Positions 24,620 through 38,093 of a DNA stretch of 64,000 bases are shown one piece after another. The notes below the pieces were generated by a model, which was given only the letters and a program-made list of their open reading frames with translations, was not told where the DNA came from and ran no database searches. Both the position numbers and the translations under genes were made by a program. Source of the stretch: Macrostomum lignano (Eukaryota); assembly GCA_002269645.1 (NCBI GenBank), contig NIVC01001207.1:85541-149540 (forward strand), read 5' to 3'. Within the stretch, counting starts at the first letter, position 1. The number at the start of each line of letters is the position of its first letter.

Positions 24620-25357
24620 AATCTGTCGGACAGTCACAGAACCAGTTTCGGACAGCAACAACCAGTGTCGGACGGAACAGAAACAGTGTCGGACAGATCA
24701 GAAACAGTGTTGGACAGTATCAGAAACAGTGTCGGACAGTATCAGAAACAGTGTCGGACAGATCAGAAACAGTGTCGGACAGTATCAGAAACAGTGTCGG
24801 ACAGTATCAGAAACAGTGTCGAACAGTATCAGAAACAGTGTCGGACAGTATCAGAAACAGTGATAGACAGTGACAGATCCAGTGTCGGACAGTATCAGAA
24901 ACAGTGTCGGACAGTATTAGAAGCAGTGATAGACAGTGACAGATCCAGTGTCGGACAGTATCAGAAACAGTCGGACAGTAAGAGAAACAGTGACGGACAG
25001 TATCAGAAACAGTGTCGGACAGAACAGAAACAGTGTCGGACAGTATCAGAAACAGTGTCGGACAGTATCAGAAACAGTGTCGGACAGTATCAGAAACAGT
25101 GTCGGACAGTATCAGAAACATTGTCGGACAGTATCAGAAACAGTATCGGACAGTATCAGAAACAGTGTCGGACAGTATCAGAAACAGTGTCGGACAGTAT
25201 CAGAAACAGTGTCGGGCAGTATCAGAAACAGTGTCGGACAGTATCAGAAACAGTGTCGGACAGTATCAGAAACAGTGTCGGACAGTATCAGAAACAGTGT
25301 CGGACAGTATCAGAAACAGTGTCGGACAGTATCAGAAACAGTGTCGGACAGTAACAG
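24620..25357 (+). repeat. 22-bp minisatellite
   Basis: Unit gtgtcggacagtatcagaaaca, downstream of TOLLIP. Confidence 0.95.
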
Positions 25358-25799
25358 AAGCAGTTTTTTGAGTTGGAAGAATCAATTACCCCATGAAACA
25401 CTGCTTACATATAGACAGTAAAACCTGTTCGTGTTAATCAGACTGACTGGTCGAAAACCCTTCAGTCCCTTAAAAGTGGAAACTGAGTTTAGCTGCAAAA
25501 TTGTTGAATCCGTGGAAGTGATGCTTGCTGCTGCTTTTCCTGTAGATCAGATGAAGGGAGAAAGCAAATATTGAAATAATTTTTATTACATATCTATGAT
25601 GGTATAGGATATGCGATGCATTGTAAAGTGGAACACTGACGTATTTTAGGCAAGGCACTTGTGTTCAGATATTGGTTCTCCGGCCATGATACAGTGTGCA
25701 ATTTTCTTAGCAGTGTGAGGTGTAACATGCATCATCAAATGATGAGATCGATTAGCTGATGAAACCTCTATTACAGCTTCCGTCCTTCAATGACCAAAG

Positions 25800-26992
25800 A
25801 CCCCTCTACCCAATCCCTCGGTGAGCTACTGACCCCTCTACCCAATCCTTCGGTGAGCTACTGACCCCTCTACCCAATCCCTCGGTGAGCTACTGACCCC
25901 TCTACTCAATCTCTTAGTGAGCTACTGACCCCTCTACCCAATCCCTCGGTGAGCTACTGACCCCTCTGCCCAATCCCCCAGTGAGCTACTGACCCCTCTA
26001 CCCAATCCCTCAGTGAGCTACTGACCCCTCTACCCAATCCCTCAGTGAGCTACTGACCCCTCTACCCAATCCCTCAGCTACTGACCCCTCTCCCCAATCC
26101 CTCAGCTACTGACCCCTCTACTCGTACCCATTCCCTCAGTGAGCTACTGACCCTTCTACCCAATCCCACAGTGAGCTACTGACCCCTCTAACCAATCCCT
26201 CAGCTACTAACCCCTCTACTCGTACCCAATTCCTCAGTGAGCTACTGACCCCTCAGCTGCTTAATCCCCCAGTGAGCTACTGACCCCTCTACCCAATCCC
26301 TCAGCTACTGACCAGTCCAACGAATCCCTCAGTGAGCTACTGACCCCCTCTACCCAATCATTCACTGAGCTACTAACCCCTCTACCCAATCCCTCAGTGA
26401 GCTACTGACCCCTCTACCTAATCCCTCAGTGAGCTACTGACCCCCTCTACCCAATCCCTCAGCAACTGACCCGTCCAACCAGTCCCTCAGTGAGCTACTG
26501 ACCCCTCTACCCAATCCCTCAGTGAGCTACTGACCCCTCTACCCAATCCCTCAGCTACTGACCCCTCTACTCGTTCCCAATTCCTCAGTGAGCTACTGAC
26601 CCCTCTACCCAATCCCCCAGTGATATACTGACCCCTCTACCCAACCCCCCAGTGAGCTACTGACCCTCATCTACCCAATCCTTCAGTCAGCTACTGACCG
26701 TTCTGCCCAATCCCTCAGTTACTGACTCCTCTACTCGTACCCAATCCCTCAGTGAGCTACTGACCCTCTACCCAATCCCTCAGTGAGCTACTGACCCCCT
26801 CTACCCAATCCCCCAGTGAGATACTGACCATTCTACCCAATCCCCCAGTGAGATACTGACCATTCTACCCAATCCCCCAGTGGGATACTGACCCCTCTAC
26901 CCAATCCCTCAGTTAGCTACTGACCCCTCTACCCAATCCCTCAGCTACTAAACCATCTATCGAATCCCTCAGTGAGCTACTACTCCAATACA
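25800..26992 (+). repeat. ~32-bp C-rich minisatellite
   Basis: Unit ctactgacccctctacccaatccctcagtgag, with variants. Confidence 0.95.
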
Positions 26993-29099
26993 CATCCCAG
27001 TGATTTAGGCCTCTTAAAACCTGGCGACAACAGACGAGAGGAGAGGATTCAATAAATGTTTTACAACCGGCACAAGAGCACGGCATTGCGGATTATTGCC
27101 ATACTTAATTCGAAGAATACGTGCCGCTCTCTAGAATTGTGAGCCGGAGAGATTAAAGAAAATGCTTTTTAGCACGTCGAATTATAGCGGGTTCCGCCCG
27201 GCTCCCATGGGGGGGGGGGGAAGCGGAGAGATCACGGAGACTCTGAAGCAGGTCAACACTCACTCATTCACTCGCTCCCAGAGTGAGGACGCCAGTTCGA
27301 CTCAGAGAGCGAAGCTGAGGATTAGAGAGAGAGTCGAAAACCCGTAGGCGTGGAATTGCTAATAGAATAACAGCAATGGTTAAAAATAGACCCACAGCCG
27401 GCGCCGATACCAGATACGGTCGTACTCCCGGCTGCTGGGGTGGGTAGATGGGGCAAGGGAGGATGGCGGAGAGGATGCAGCAGGATGTGAATGTAAGAGG
27501 GGATTGACTCAGAAACCAAACCTCATACCGCGGAGGTTGAACAATTGGGAGTCACACAGATGCCATTGTGGCTGTGTAGCATTGCCCAGGCCAAATGTGA
27601 ATTAAGCTACAGTTTGAACTCAAATCATCACCTGCTGATTTTTTCTCCTTTGTTTCTCAGCCATGCAAAGTGCTTTAGAAGGGAAGGGTTTGAAAAAAGT
27701 GGCTGGGCGAAGTTTTTTGGGAGAATAATCCTCAGGGACAATCCCCGCGGAGTCCACTCTCTCTCTCTGCCTGGTCCTCGATTCATCTTGTAGTACAAGC
27801 CTGCGTGTCCCAGCCGGCTGTTTAAAAGGCCTACTATCCAGAAAATACATTACCAATCGGTAGTTCAACCCAACAGAGAAAAATCATTTCACGTCACTCT
27901 CTTCATCGATTGCACATCCCTGGTTCCCACCAGCGGTTTGGGAACGCAGCAGAAGGGGGCTGGCTGGGGAGACAGCTAAACACGCTCGCTTCTTCCGTTC
28001 TGCCTCGGACCCAGATGTCTCAATATCTCCCCTCCCCTCACCGGAGCAGTCCCATTCCGCGCGGCCGTATCAGCGCCATTAACTATGCGCCTTGGCCTCA
28101 GGCTCTCAGGTGCTATAGCAGTGTGTGTTGTGTTCGTGTGTACTCAGAGCCAGCGGTTGATGCAGCAGCTGCCATGCCACCAGCTCAGACCCCCCAGGCG
28201 GCTCTCCCGCCTCCGCCTTCCCCTCCCCCAGCTACCGCACCGCATGCCGCTTCCATTCCGGAGAGCCAGCCAGCCAATCTTCTGTATTTTGAGAGCCAGC
28301 CAGCGCCCAGAGGGGGATAAAGGAGAGCAGATAGGGGGCCGGGGACAGGGAGGAGCGCGGTGGAAGATTAGCTAATATAGTAACCCCAAAAAGCACGGGC
28401 CAAGTCTCACCCCTTGTCCACCATCAGACAGATCAAGCTCCCGAGCTACACTGCACCACCCGATCAGCGAGAGCAGCAGAGGGAGCTGACAGGCTTTCGA
28501 GTTTCGGCCCGGTGAGTTGCGCCGACCTTTGAGAGATCGCCAGAAATAGAAGAGGGGCTGTTTTGATCGAACCCAGCCACAGAGATGACTTTGACTCGCG
28601 GCAGACTTTGCTATTTTAAACTCCATTTTTACTGCCCCAATCCTCAACGGAACGAGAGCTTGACAAACTCAATTAGTGCCAGCTTAGAGACTTAAGGGAA
28701 TTATTCATGCAGTACCTGGTGCACAGCGAATTCATTTTATTAGCAATCTCTCCTCAAAGTGAACGCCGAAGCCAAGGCGGGGGTACTTCGGTGTCTGGGC
28801 TGCTTTTTAATTGAATTACGGGCCAAGTCCGCTTTCCGACTGCCAAGGCTCTGCCCGGAGAAGATTTCAGAAAATAACTTGAATGTCAAGCGCGCCGCAA
28901 CTGCCTCTGAGAGGCCTGCGACTTGCAAATGCCAATATTGATTGGAAAATTTGTTAGCTCCATGAGCTAGTAAGAATTCTACTTCACAGAGTTTGCCCAG
29001 GGTGGAAGCTTGAAACTGCGTTCATAACTTAGCATTGCAGTCTGCGTCATGAATATCTGTCATTCTCACACTCTACCACTGCAGCTGCTCATGTCTCTT

Positions 29100-32000
29100 A
29101 ATCTCCCCTGTCTCCATCTACTCACTATGGATCTCCCTAAATCTCTCTCCCTGTCTCCATCTACTCACTATGGATCTCTCTAAATCTGCCCTGTCTTCAT
29201 CTACTCACTATGGATCTCCCTAAATCTGCCCTGTCTCCATCTACTCACTATGGATCTCTCTAAATCTGCCCTGTCTTCATCTACTCACTATGGATCTCCC
29301 TAAATCTGCCCTGTCTCCATCTACTCACTATGGATCTCCCTAAATCTCTCTCCCTGTCTCCATCTACTCACTATGGATCTTTCTAAATCTGCCCTGTCTC
29401 CATCTACTCACTATGGATCTCCCTAAATCTGCCCTGTCTCCATCTACTCACTATGGATCTCCCTAAATCTGCCCTGTCTCCATCTACTCACTATGGATCT
29501 CCCTAAATCTGCCCTGTCTCCATCTACTCACTATGGATCTCCCTAAATCTACCCTGTCTCCATCTACTCACTATGGATCTCTCTAAATCTCTCTCCATGT
29601 CTCCATCTACTTACTATGGATCTCTCTAAATCTCTCTCCATGTCTCCATCTACTCACTATGGATCTCCCTAAATCTGCCCTGTCTCCATCTACTCACTAT
29701 GGATCTCTCTAAATCTCTCTCCATGTCTCCATCTACTCACTATGGATCTCCCTAAATCTGCCCTGTCTCCATCTACTCACTATGGATCTGGCTAAATCTC
29801 TCTCCCTGTCTCCATCTACTCACTATGGATCTCCCTAAATCTGCCCTGTCTCCATCTACTCACTATGGATCTCCCTAAATCTGCCCTGTCTCCATCTACT
29901 CACTATGGATCTCCCTAAATCTGCCCTGTCTCCATCTACTCAGTATGGATCTCCCTAAATCTGCCCTGTCTCCATCTACTCACTATGGATCTCCCTAAAT
30001 CTGCCCTGTCTCCATCTACTCACTATGGATCTCCCTAAATCTGCCCTGTCTCCATCTACTCACTATGGATCTCCCTAAATCTGCCCTGTCTCCATCTACT
30101 CACTATGGATCTCCCTAAATCTGCCCTGTCTCCATCTACTCACTATGGATCTCCCTAAATCTGCCCTGTCTCCATCTACTCAGTATGGATCTCCCTAAAT
30201 CTGCCCTGTCTCCATCTACTCACTATGGATCTCTCTAAATCTCTCTCCATGTCTCCATCTACTTACTATGGATCTCTCTAAATCTGCCCTGTCTCCATCT
30301 ACTCACTATGGATCTCCCTAAATCTGCCCTGTCTCCATCTACTCACTATGGATCTCTCTAAATCTCTCTCCATGTCTCCATCTACTTACTATGGATCTCT
30401 CTAAATCTCTCTCCATGTCTCCATCTACTCACTATGGATCTCCCTAAATCTGCCCTGTCTCCATCTACTCACTATGGATCTCCCTAAATCTGCCCTGTCT
30501 CCATCTACTCACTATGGATCTCTCTAAATCTCTCTCCATGTCTCCATCTACTTACTATGGATCTCTCTAAATCTCTCTCCATGTCTCCATCTACTCACTA
30601 TGGATCTCCCTAAATCTGCCCTGTCTCCATCTACTCACTATGGATCTCCCTAAATCTGCCCTGTCTCCATCTACTCACTATGGATCTCCCTAAATCTGCC
30701 CTGTCTCCATCTACTCACTATGGATCTCCCTAAATCTGCCCTGTCTCCATCTACTCACTATGGATCTCCCTAAATCTGCCCTGTCTCCATCTACTCACTA
30801 TGGATCTCCCTAAATCTGCCCTGTCTCCATCTACTCACTATGGATCTCCCTAAATCTACCCTGTCTCCATCTACTCACTATGGATCTCTCTAAATCTCTC
30901 TCCATGTCTCCATCTACTTACTATGGATCTCTCTAAATCTCTCTCCATGTCTCCATCTACTCACTATGGATCTCCCTAAATCTGCCCTGTCTCCATCTAC
31001 TCACTATGGATCTCTCTAAATCTCTCTCCATGTCTCCATCTACTCACTATGGATCTCCCTAAATCTGCCCTGTCTCCATCTACTCACTATGGATCTCCCT
31101 AAATCTCTCTCCCTGTCTCCATCTACTCACTATGGATCTCCCTAAATCTCTCTCCCTGTCTCCATCTACTCACTATGGATCTCTCTAAATCTGCCCTGTC
31201 TCCATCTACTCACTATGGATCTCCCTAAATCTGCCCTGTCTCCATCTACTCACTATGGATCTCCCTAAATCTCTCTCCCTGTCTCCATCTACTCACTATG
31301 GATCTCTCTAAATCTGCCCTGTCTCCATCTACTCACTATGGATCTCCCTAAATCTGCCCTGTCTCCATCTACTCAGTATGGATCTCCCTAAATCTGCCCT
31401 GTCTCCATCTACTCACTATGGATCTCCCTAAATCTGCCCTGTCTCCATCTACTCACTATGGATCTCCCTAAATCTGCCCTGTCTCCATCTACTCACTATG
31501 GATCTCCCTAAATCTGCCCTGTCTCCATCTACTCACTATGGATCTCCCTAAATCTGCCCTGTCTCCATCTACTCACTATGGATCTCCCTAAATCTGCCCT
31601 GTCTCCATCTACTCACTATGGATCTCTCTAAATCTCTCTCCATGTCTCCATCTACTTACTATGGATCTCTCTAAATCTCTCTCCATGTCTCCATCTACTC
31701 ACTATGGATCTCCCTAAATCTGCCCTGTCTCCATCTACTCACTATGGATCTCTCTAAATCTCTCTCCATGTCTCCATCTACTCACTATGGATCTCCCTAA
31801 ATCTGCCCTGTCTCCATCTACTCACTATGGATCTGGCTAAATCTCTCTCCCTGTCTCCATCTACTCACTATGGATCTCCCTAAATCTGCCCTGTCTCCAT
31901 CTACTCACTATGGATCTCCCTAAATCTGCCCTGTCTCCATCTACTCACTATGGATCTCCCTAAATCTGCCCTGTCTCCATCTACTCACTATGGATCTCCC

Positions 32001-33985
32001 TAAATCTGCCCTGTCTCCATCTACTCACTATGGATCTCTCTAAATCTCTCTCCATGTCTCCATCTACTTACTATGGATCTCTCTAAATCTCTCTCCATGT
32101 CTCCATCTACTCACTATGGATCTCCCTAAATCTGCCCTGTCTCCATCTACTCACTATGGATCTCTCTAAATCTCTCTCCATGTCTCCATCTACTCACTAT
32201 GGATCTCCCTAAATCTGCCCTGTCTCCATCTACTCACTATGGATCTCCCTAAATCTCTCTCCCTGTCTCCATCTACTCACTATGGATCTCCCTAAATCTC
32301 TCTCCCTGTCTCCATCTACTCACTATGGATCTCTCTAAATCTGCCCTGTCTCCATCTACTCACTATGGATCTCCCTAAATCTGCCCTGTCTCCATCTACT
32401 CACTATGGATCTCCCTAAATCTCTCTCCCTGTCTCCATCTACTCACTATGGATCTCTCTAAATCTGCCCTGTCTCCATCTACTCACTATGGATCTCCCTA
32501 AATCTGCCCTGTCTCCATCTACTCAGTATGGATCTCCCTAAATCTGCCCTGTCTCCATCTACTCACTATGGATCTCCCTAAATCTGCCCTGTCTCCATCT
32601 ACTCACTATGGATCTCCCTAAATCTGCCCTGTCTCCATCTACTCACTATGGATCTCCCTAAATCTGCCCTGTCTCCATCTACTCACTATGGATCTCCCTA
32701 AATCTGCCCTGTCTCCATCTACTCACTATGGATCTCCCTAAATCTGCCCTGTCTCCATCTACTCACTATGGATCTCTCTAAATCTCTCTCCATGTCTCCA
32801 TCTACTTACTATGGATCTCTCTAAATCTCTCTCCATGTCTCCATCTACTCACTATGGATCTCCCTAAATCTGCCCTGTCTCCATCTACTCACTATGGATC
32901 TCTCTAAATCTCTCTCCATGTCTCCATCTACTCACTATGGATCTCCCTAAATCTGCCCTGTCTCCATCTACTCACTATGGATCTGGCTAAATCTCTCTCC
33001 ATGTCTCCATCTACTCACTATGGATCTCCCTAAATCTGCCCTGTCTCCATCTACTCACTATGGATCTCCCTAAATCTGCCCTGTCTCCATCTACTCACTA
33101 TGGATCTCCCTAAATCTGCCCTGTCTCCATCTACTCACTATGGATCTCCCTAAATCTGCCCTGTCTCCATCTACTCACTATGGATCTCCCTAAATCTGCC
33201 CTGTCTCCATCTACTCACTATGGATCTCCCTAAATCTACCCTGTCTCCATCTACTCACTATGGATCTCTCTAAATCTCTCTCCATGTCTCCATCTACTTA
33301 CTATGGATCTCTCTAAATCTCTCTCCATCTCTCCATCTACTCACTATGGATCTCCCTAAATCTGCCCTGTCTCCATCTACTCACTATGGATCTCCTTAAA
33401 TCTGCCCTGTCTCCATCTACTCACTATGAATCTGGCTAAATCTCTCTCCCTGTCTCCATCTACTCACTATGGATCTCCCTAAATCTCTCTCCCTGTCTTC
33501 ATCTACTCACTATGGATCTCCCTAAATCTGCCCTGTCTCCATCTACTCACTATGGATCTCTCTAAATCTGTCCTGTCTCCATCTACTCACTATGGATCTC
33601 TCTAAATCTCTCTCCATGTCTCCATCTACTTACTATGGATCTCTCTAAATCTCTCTCCATGTCTCCATCTACTCACTATGGATCTCCCTAAATCTGCCCT
33701 GTCTCCATCTACTCACTATGGATCTCCCTAAATCTGCCCTGTCTCCATCTACTCACTATGGATCTCCTTAAATCTGCCCTGTCTCCATCTACTCACTATG
33801 AATCTGGCTAAATCTCTCTCCCTGTCTCCATCTACTCACTATGGATCTCTCTAAATCTCTCTCCCTGTCTTCATCTACTCACTATGGATCTCCCTAAATC
33901 TGCCCTGTCTCCATCTACTCACTATGGATCTCTCTAAATCTCTCTTCCTGTCTCCATCTACTCACTATGGATCTCCCTAAATCTC
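29100..33985 (+). repeat. 4.9-kb satellite of 40/43-bp units with higher-order structure
   Basis: Unit ctgccctgtctccatctactcactatggatctccctaaat and a +3-bp variant. Diagnostic variants recur at 1150-bp spacing. Confidence 0.96.
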
Positions 33986-34065
33986 TCCTCTTCACCTGAT
34001 AAGGCACCAAAATTTCAATTTTTAAACTCCAGATATAAATGGCCTGATCAATGCATTAGACGAAG

Positions 34066-34324
34066 AAGGCACTACCCTTCAGACAATGACCTGATGCATT
34101 AGGAGAAGGCACTACCCTTCAGACAATGACCTGATGCATTAGGAGAAGGCACCACCCTTCAGACAATGACCTGATGCATTAGGAGAAGGCACCACCCTTC
34201 AGACAATGACCTGATGCATTAGGAGAAGGCACCACCCTTCAGACAATGACCTGATGCATTAGGAGAAGGCACCACCCTTCAGACAATGACCTGATGCATT
34301 AGGAGAAGAACGCACCTACCCTTC
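34066..34324 (+). repeat. 40-bp tandem repeat x ~6
   Basis: agacaatgacctgatgcattaggagaaggcac(t/c)acccttc. Confidence 0.95.
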
Positions 34325-35065
34325 AGGGATTCTGTCAGCTAACTGATCCATTTACTGGCTTTCAAAACAGTTTTAAGGGTGTCTTTCTCCCTCCCACCTT
34401 AAAAGTACATGATTCTGATGCTGGCAGCTGTATAAACGCCGAGACAATGAGAGAGAAACACGAGTAAGCACTGCTCAGCTAAGCGTATCTAGCCTAAGCC
34501 ACACAGCCTGTTGCCTAGCAAAGATCTTACGGTAGGAGGAAACGAGCTGCTGCATCATCAGTTTCCCACTTTCTTAACTTCAACGCGCAGTCAGTGGATG
34601 CAGTGGAGCAGCAGCTTTCATTGTGTGCAGAGGCCAGGGAGAGGAGGCGGCGGTATTGCCTGACTTCAGAGCTGCTGCCTCGGGGGGTGATGGCGAAAAT
34701 AAGAGACAGCCAGGAAGGGAAGAGAGTGCCCCAGTCTCCTTGCCAGCTCTCAGCCTTAAAATTTCATGACAGGCATCAGGACCTCCCCCCAACCCTTAGG
34801 CCTTGTCTGCTGTTGCTGGGGCTTCTTCTTCTGGTGGCAACAACCCCGGCCGCCTAGCAGCCATCTTCTCCTCTCTCTCTCCAGCCCACAGGCACACATA
34901 TTCTCATTCTAATGCGGGCCTCCGGTCTGCAGCCAGATTTTTAGGAAAAAATCCTTGGGACTAGGAGAAGCAGACTGATTCAGTATAGCGGATGCCGCAT
35001 CCACCGTATAATCTGAGACTGAGACGATGATAAATGGCATAGAGAAGGTCCAAATGCATATAGAT

Positions 35066-35963
35066 TTGCTGCTGAGCTGCTGACACAGTAGACTATTGAA
35101 TGATCTGCTGAGCTGCTCAGCTGCTGACACAGTAGACTATTGAATGATCTGCTCAGCTGCTGACACAGTAGACTATTGAATGATCTGCTCAGCTGCTCAG
35201 CTGCTGACACAGTAGACTATTGAATGATCTGCTCAGCTGCTGACACAGTAGACTATTGAATGATCTGCTCAGCTGCTCAGCTGCTGACACAGTAGACTAT
35301 TGAATGATCTGCTCAGCTGCTCAGCTGCTGACACAGTAGACTATTGAATGATCTGCTCAGCTGCTCAGCTGCTGACACAGTAGACTATTGAATGATCTGC
35401 TGATCTGCTCAGCTGCTGACACAGTAGACTATTGAATGATCTGCTGAGCTGCTCAGCTGCTGACACAGTAGACTATTGAATGATCTGCTCAGCTGCTGAC
35501 ACAGTAGACTATTGAATGATCTGCTCAGCTGCTCAGCTGCTGACACAGTAGACTATTGAATGATCTGCTGATCTGCTCAGCTGCTGACACAGTAGACTAT
35601 TGAATGATCTGCTGAGCTGCTCAGCTGCTGACACAGTAGACTATTGAATGATCTGCTGAGCTGCTCAGCTGCTGACACAGTAGACTATTGAATGATCTGC
35701 TGAGCTGCTGAGCTGCTGACACAGTAGACTATTGAATGATCTGCTGAGCTGCTGAGCTGCTGACACAGTAGACTATTGAATGATCTGCTCAGCTGCTGAC
35801 ACAGTAGACTATTGAATGATCTGCTGAGCTGCTGACACAGTAGACTATTGAATGATCTGCTGAGCTGCTGACACAGTAGACTATTGAATGATCTGCTGAG
35901 CTGCTCAGCTGCTGACACAGTAGACTATTGAATGATCTGCTCAGCTGCTCAGCTGCTGACACA
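35066..35963 (+). repeat. 36/44-bp minisatellite
   Basis: ctgctgacacagtagactattgaatgatctgct(c/g)ag with an optional 8-bp ctgctcag module. Confidence 0.95.
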
Positions 35964-36714
35964 GGGTGGATCACAAATCTGTTTCACAAAGCTCCATGCA
36001 CAGCTTTCTATTTTTCGTTTTGAGTTTCTCAGAATTCAACCCAGAAGGAGGCAGACGGAGACGCAGTGTTTACAGCCCCATGTCGGCAGTTTAAGTACAC
36101 AGAAGGCCAAATCCAGATGGAGACTGCCGCGGAGCTGTCGTGTCCGCGACCGGTGTCTGGCAGAAACGGGGGAAGTGGAACGCTGGTTTTAGTCTTGCGC
36201 CTTGCCCACCCCAGCAAGGCGCATGAGAGGCATATTGCATTTATAATTTAGACTTTGCCTAAGCATGTGTGTGTGTGTGTGCATGTGTTTGTGTGTGTTT
36301 GCAGTTGTGTGTTTGGTCTGTGCGCTGCCCCCGGCTCGGCTGCAGGAGACATTTTCTGCGCGGGCTCGATTCCCATGAGTCTCCCCCCTGAGAGAAATAG
36401 AAAGCGAGAAGGGAAGAGAAGGAGAGGAAGACACAAAAGCGTGGACCCCCCGCTGTGCTCGGCATGCATCGCTGAAGGGCAATCATAATGGAATGAGGCC
36501 GTCAGAAAACGAGACAGATCGGAGAATAAAAAACGATACTGGCATGAGGAAAAATATAAAAAAGACTCGTAGATATAGGAAATGAATTTTATTCGCGGGA
36601 GAGAATGAGAGCATTGGGAAGCTGGACGATTTGAAACCTGGAGAGGAACAGATAGTGTAAGTAAAGTTGAGAGATGAGAAACTGGCATATTGACCATAAT
36701 GAAAAAGCAGAGGG

Positions 36715-37150
36715 TGACGAGAGAAGAGGAGGGAGGCGAGATAGGGAGACACGAGAGAAGTGGGGAAGCGAGAGGCGGACACGAGAGAGGGTGGAGGGAG
36801 GCAAGAGAGGTGGAGGGAGATGAGAGAGGGCGGCACCAGAGAGGGGAAGGGAGACGAGAGAGGTGGAGGGAGAAGAGAGAGGTGGAGGGAGATGAGAGAG
36901 GTGGAGGGAGATGAGAGAGTTGGAGGGAGATGAGAGAGGTGGAGGGAGACGAGAGAGGTGGAGGAAGACGAGAGAGGTGGAGGGAGACGAGAGAGGTGGA
37001 GGAAGATGAGAGAGGTGGAGGGAGATGAGAGAGGTTGAGGGAGACGAGAGAGGTGGAGGAAGATAAGAGAGGTGGAGGGAGACGAGAGTTGGAGGGAGAT
37101 GAGAGAGGGCGGCACGAGAGAGGGGAAGGGAGACGGGAGAGATGGAGGGA
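36715..37150 (+). repeat. GA-rich ~19-bp degenerate repeat
   Basis: gagagaggtggagggagat-type units. Confidence 0.85.
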
Positions 37151-37575
37151 CAGAGAGATGGCAACTTAAGAGCCAGCAGTACAAGCAAAATGGATTCGAG
37201 AAACGAGGATAGAGAGGGAGAGAGATTGCAGAGCTAGAGATAGATGGGAAGATAAAGAAGTTATTGAAATGACTGGGAATCTGGAGCCTAAATAGGTGAA
37301 AGTATGAAAAAACCTTCCAGCCTGGTACCTGTCGTTGCTGATATTTAGTCTTCCATAATCAGGTTCAGCTTTTAAAGCCATTCCGATTGGATTTCCATCC
37401 AGGATTTCCTCCCTTAAATGTCTCCGAGCTGGGATTTGGCTGCTTAATTGATTGCCACCTGCTCTGATTTTATAAACTACGAGTATAAAGCTATCCATTG
37501 CCACTTTGCCGTGATTGGGTGAACTGTGAAGCTGTGGTTAAAAACTGACAAGGGCAGTCCTTTGTCGAAGAGTCA

Positions 37576-37893
37576 GTAATAATAATAATTGATTACACCT
37601 GCCCTAATGGCCAGATGTGCAACCGACAGCTCAGCCGCCGCTATTGTACGGCGCATCTGAAGGCTGCATACGGCTGTTCAGTCCAAGCACTGGGGGGGGG
37701 GGTTGCCACACACACCCTCAATTACCCCAGCCAATGCTGGCACTCATTTTACAGCTGGGTGAACTGAAGCAATGCAGGGTTAAGTGTCTTTGCTCAAGGA
37801 CACAAATTGTTCCAGTGGGATCAGGAATCGAACCCCCTACCTTAAAGTCGTGAGTCTGACGCTCTGACCACTACGCTGCAAACCCCAACTAGA
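37576..37893 (-). mobile_element. tRNA-derived CORE-like SINE
   Basis: Minus strand: tRNA-like head (tagtggtcagagcg A-box region, GGTTCGATTCC B box), CORE-like gtgtccttgagcaaagacacttaacc..cagctgtaaaatg, and a (TTA)n tail. 12-bp TSD gtcgaagagtca at 37564-37575 and 37894-37905. Confidence 0.85.
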
Positions 37894-38093
37894 GTCGAAG
37901 AGTCAAACGCCCAGTTTGTATCGCTCAGTCCCGCTCGCTAGCGGCACTAAGAAGCAAGCCATTTAACAGTAAATTTCCGCCGTTAAAGTACTTTTTTATC
38001 TTGTCAATAAACCTCTATGCTCAAATTCGCATCCCATGCAGGCAGCAGCAATCCAGAAAGCACTGAGAAGGCAGAGCAGTCGCTACTCAAGAA

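Noticed and set aside
21469-25421. Long low-complexity ORFs in the 32-bp and 22-bp arrays
   Set aside because: Open frames arise from stop-free repeats. The first array lies within TOLLIP intron 1.
24620-35963. CRISPR-like appearance of regular 22-44-bp repeats
   Set aside because: The units are head-to-tail with no unique spacers, there are no cas genes, and the context is eukaryotic.
27910-36700. Assorted 60-150-aa ORFs upstream of KCNN as separate genes
   Set aside because: No recognisable domains or consistent splice structure. More likely UTR or regulatory DNA.
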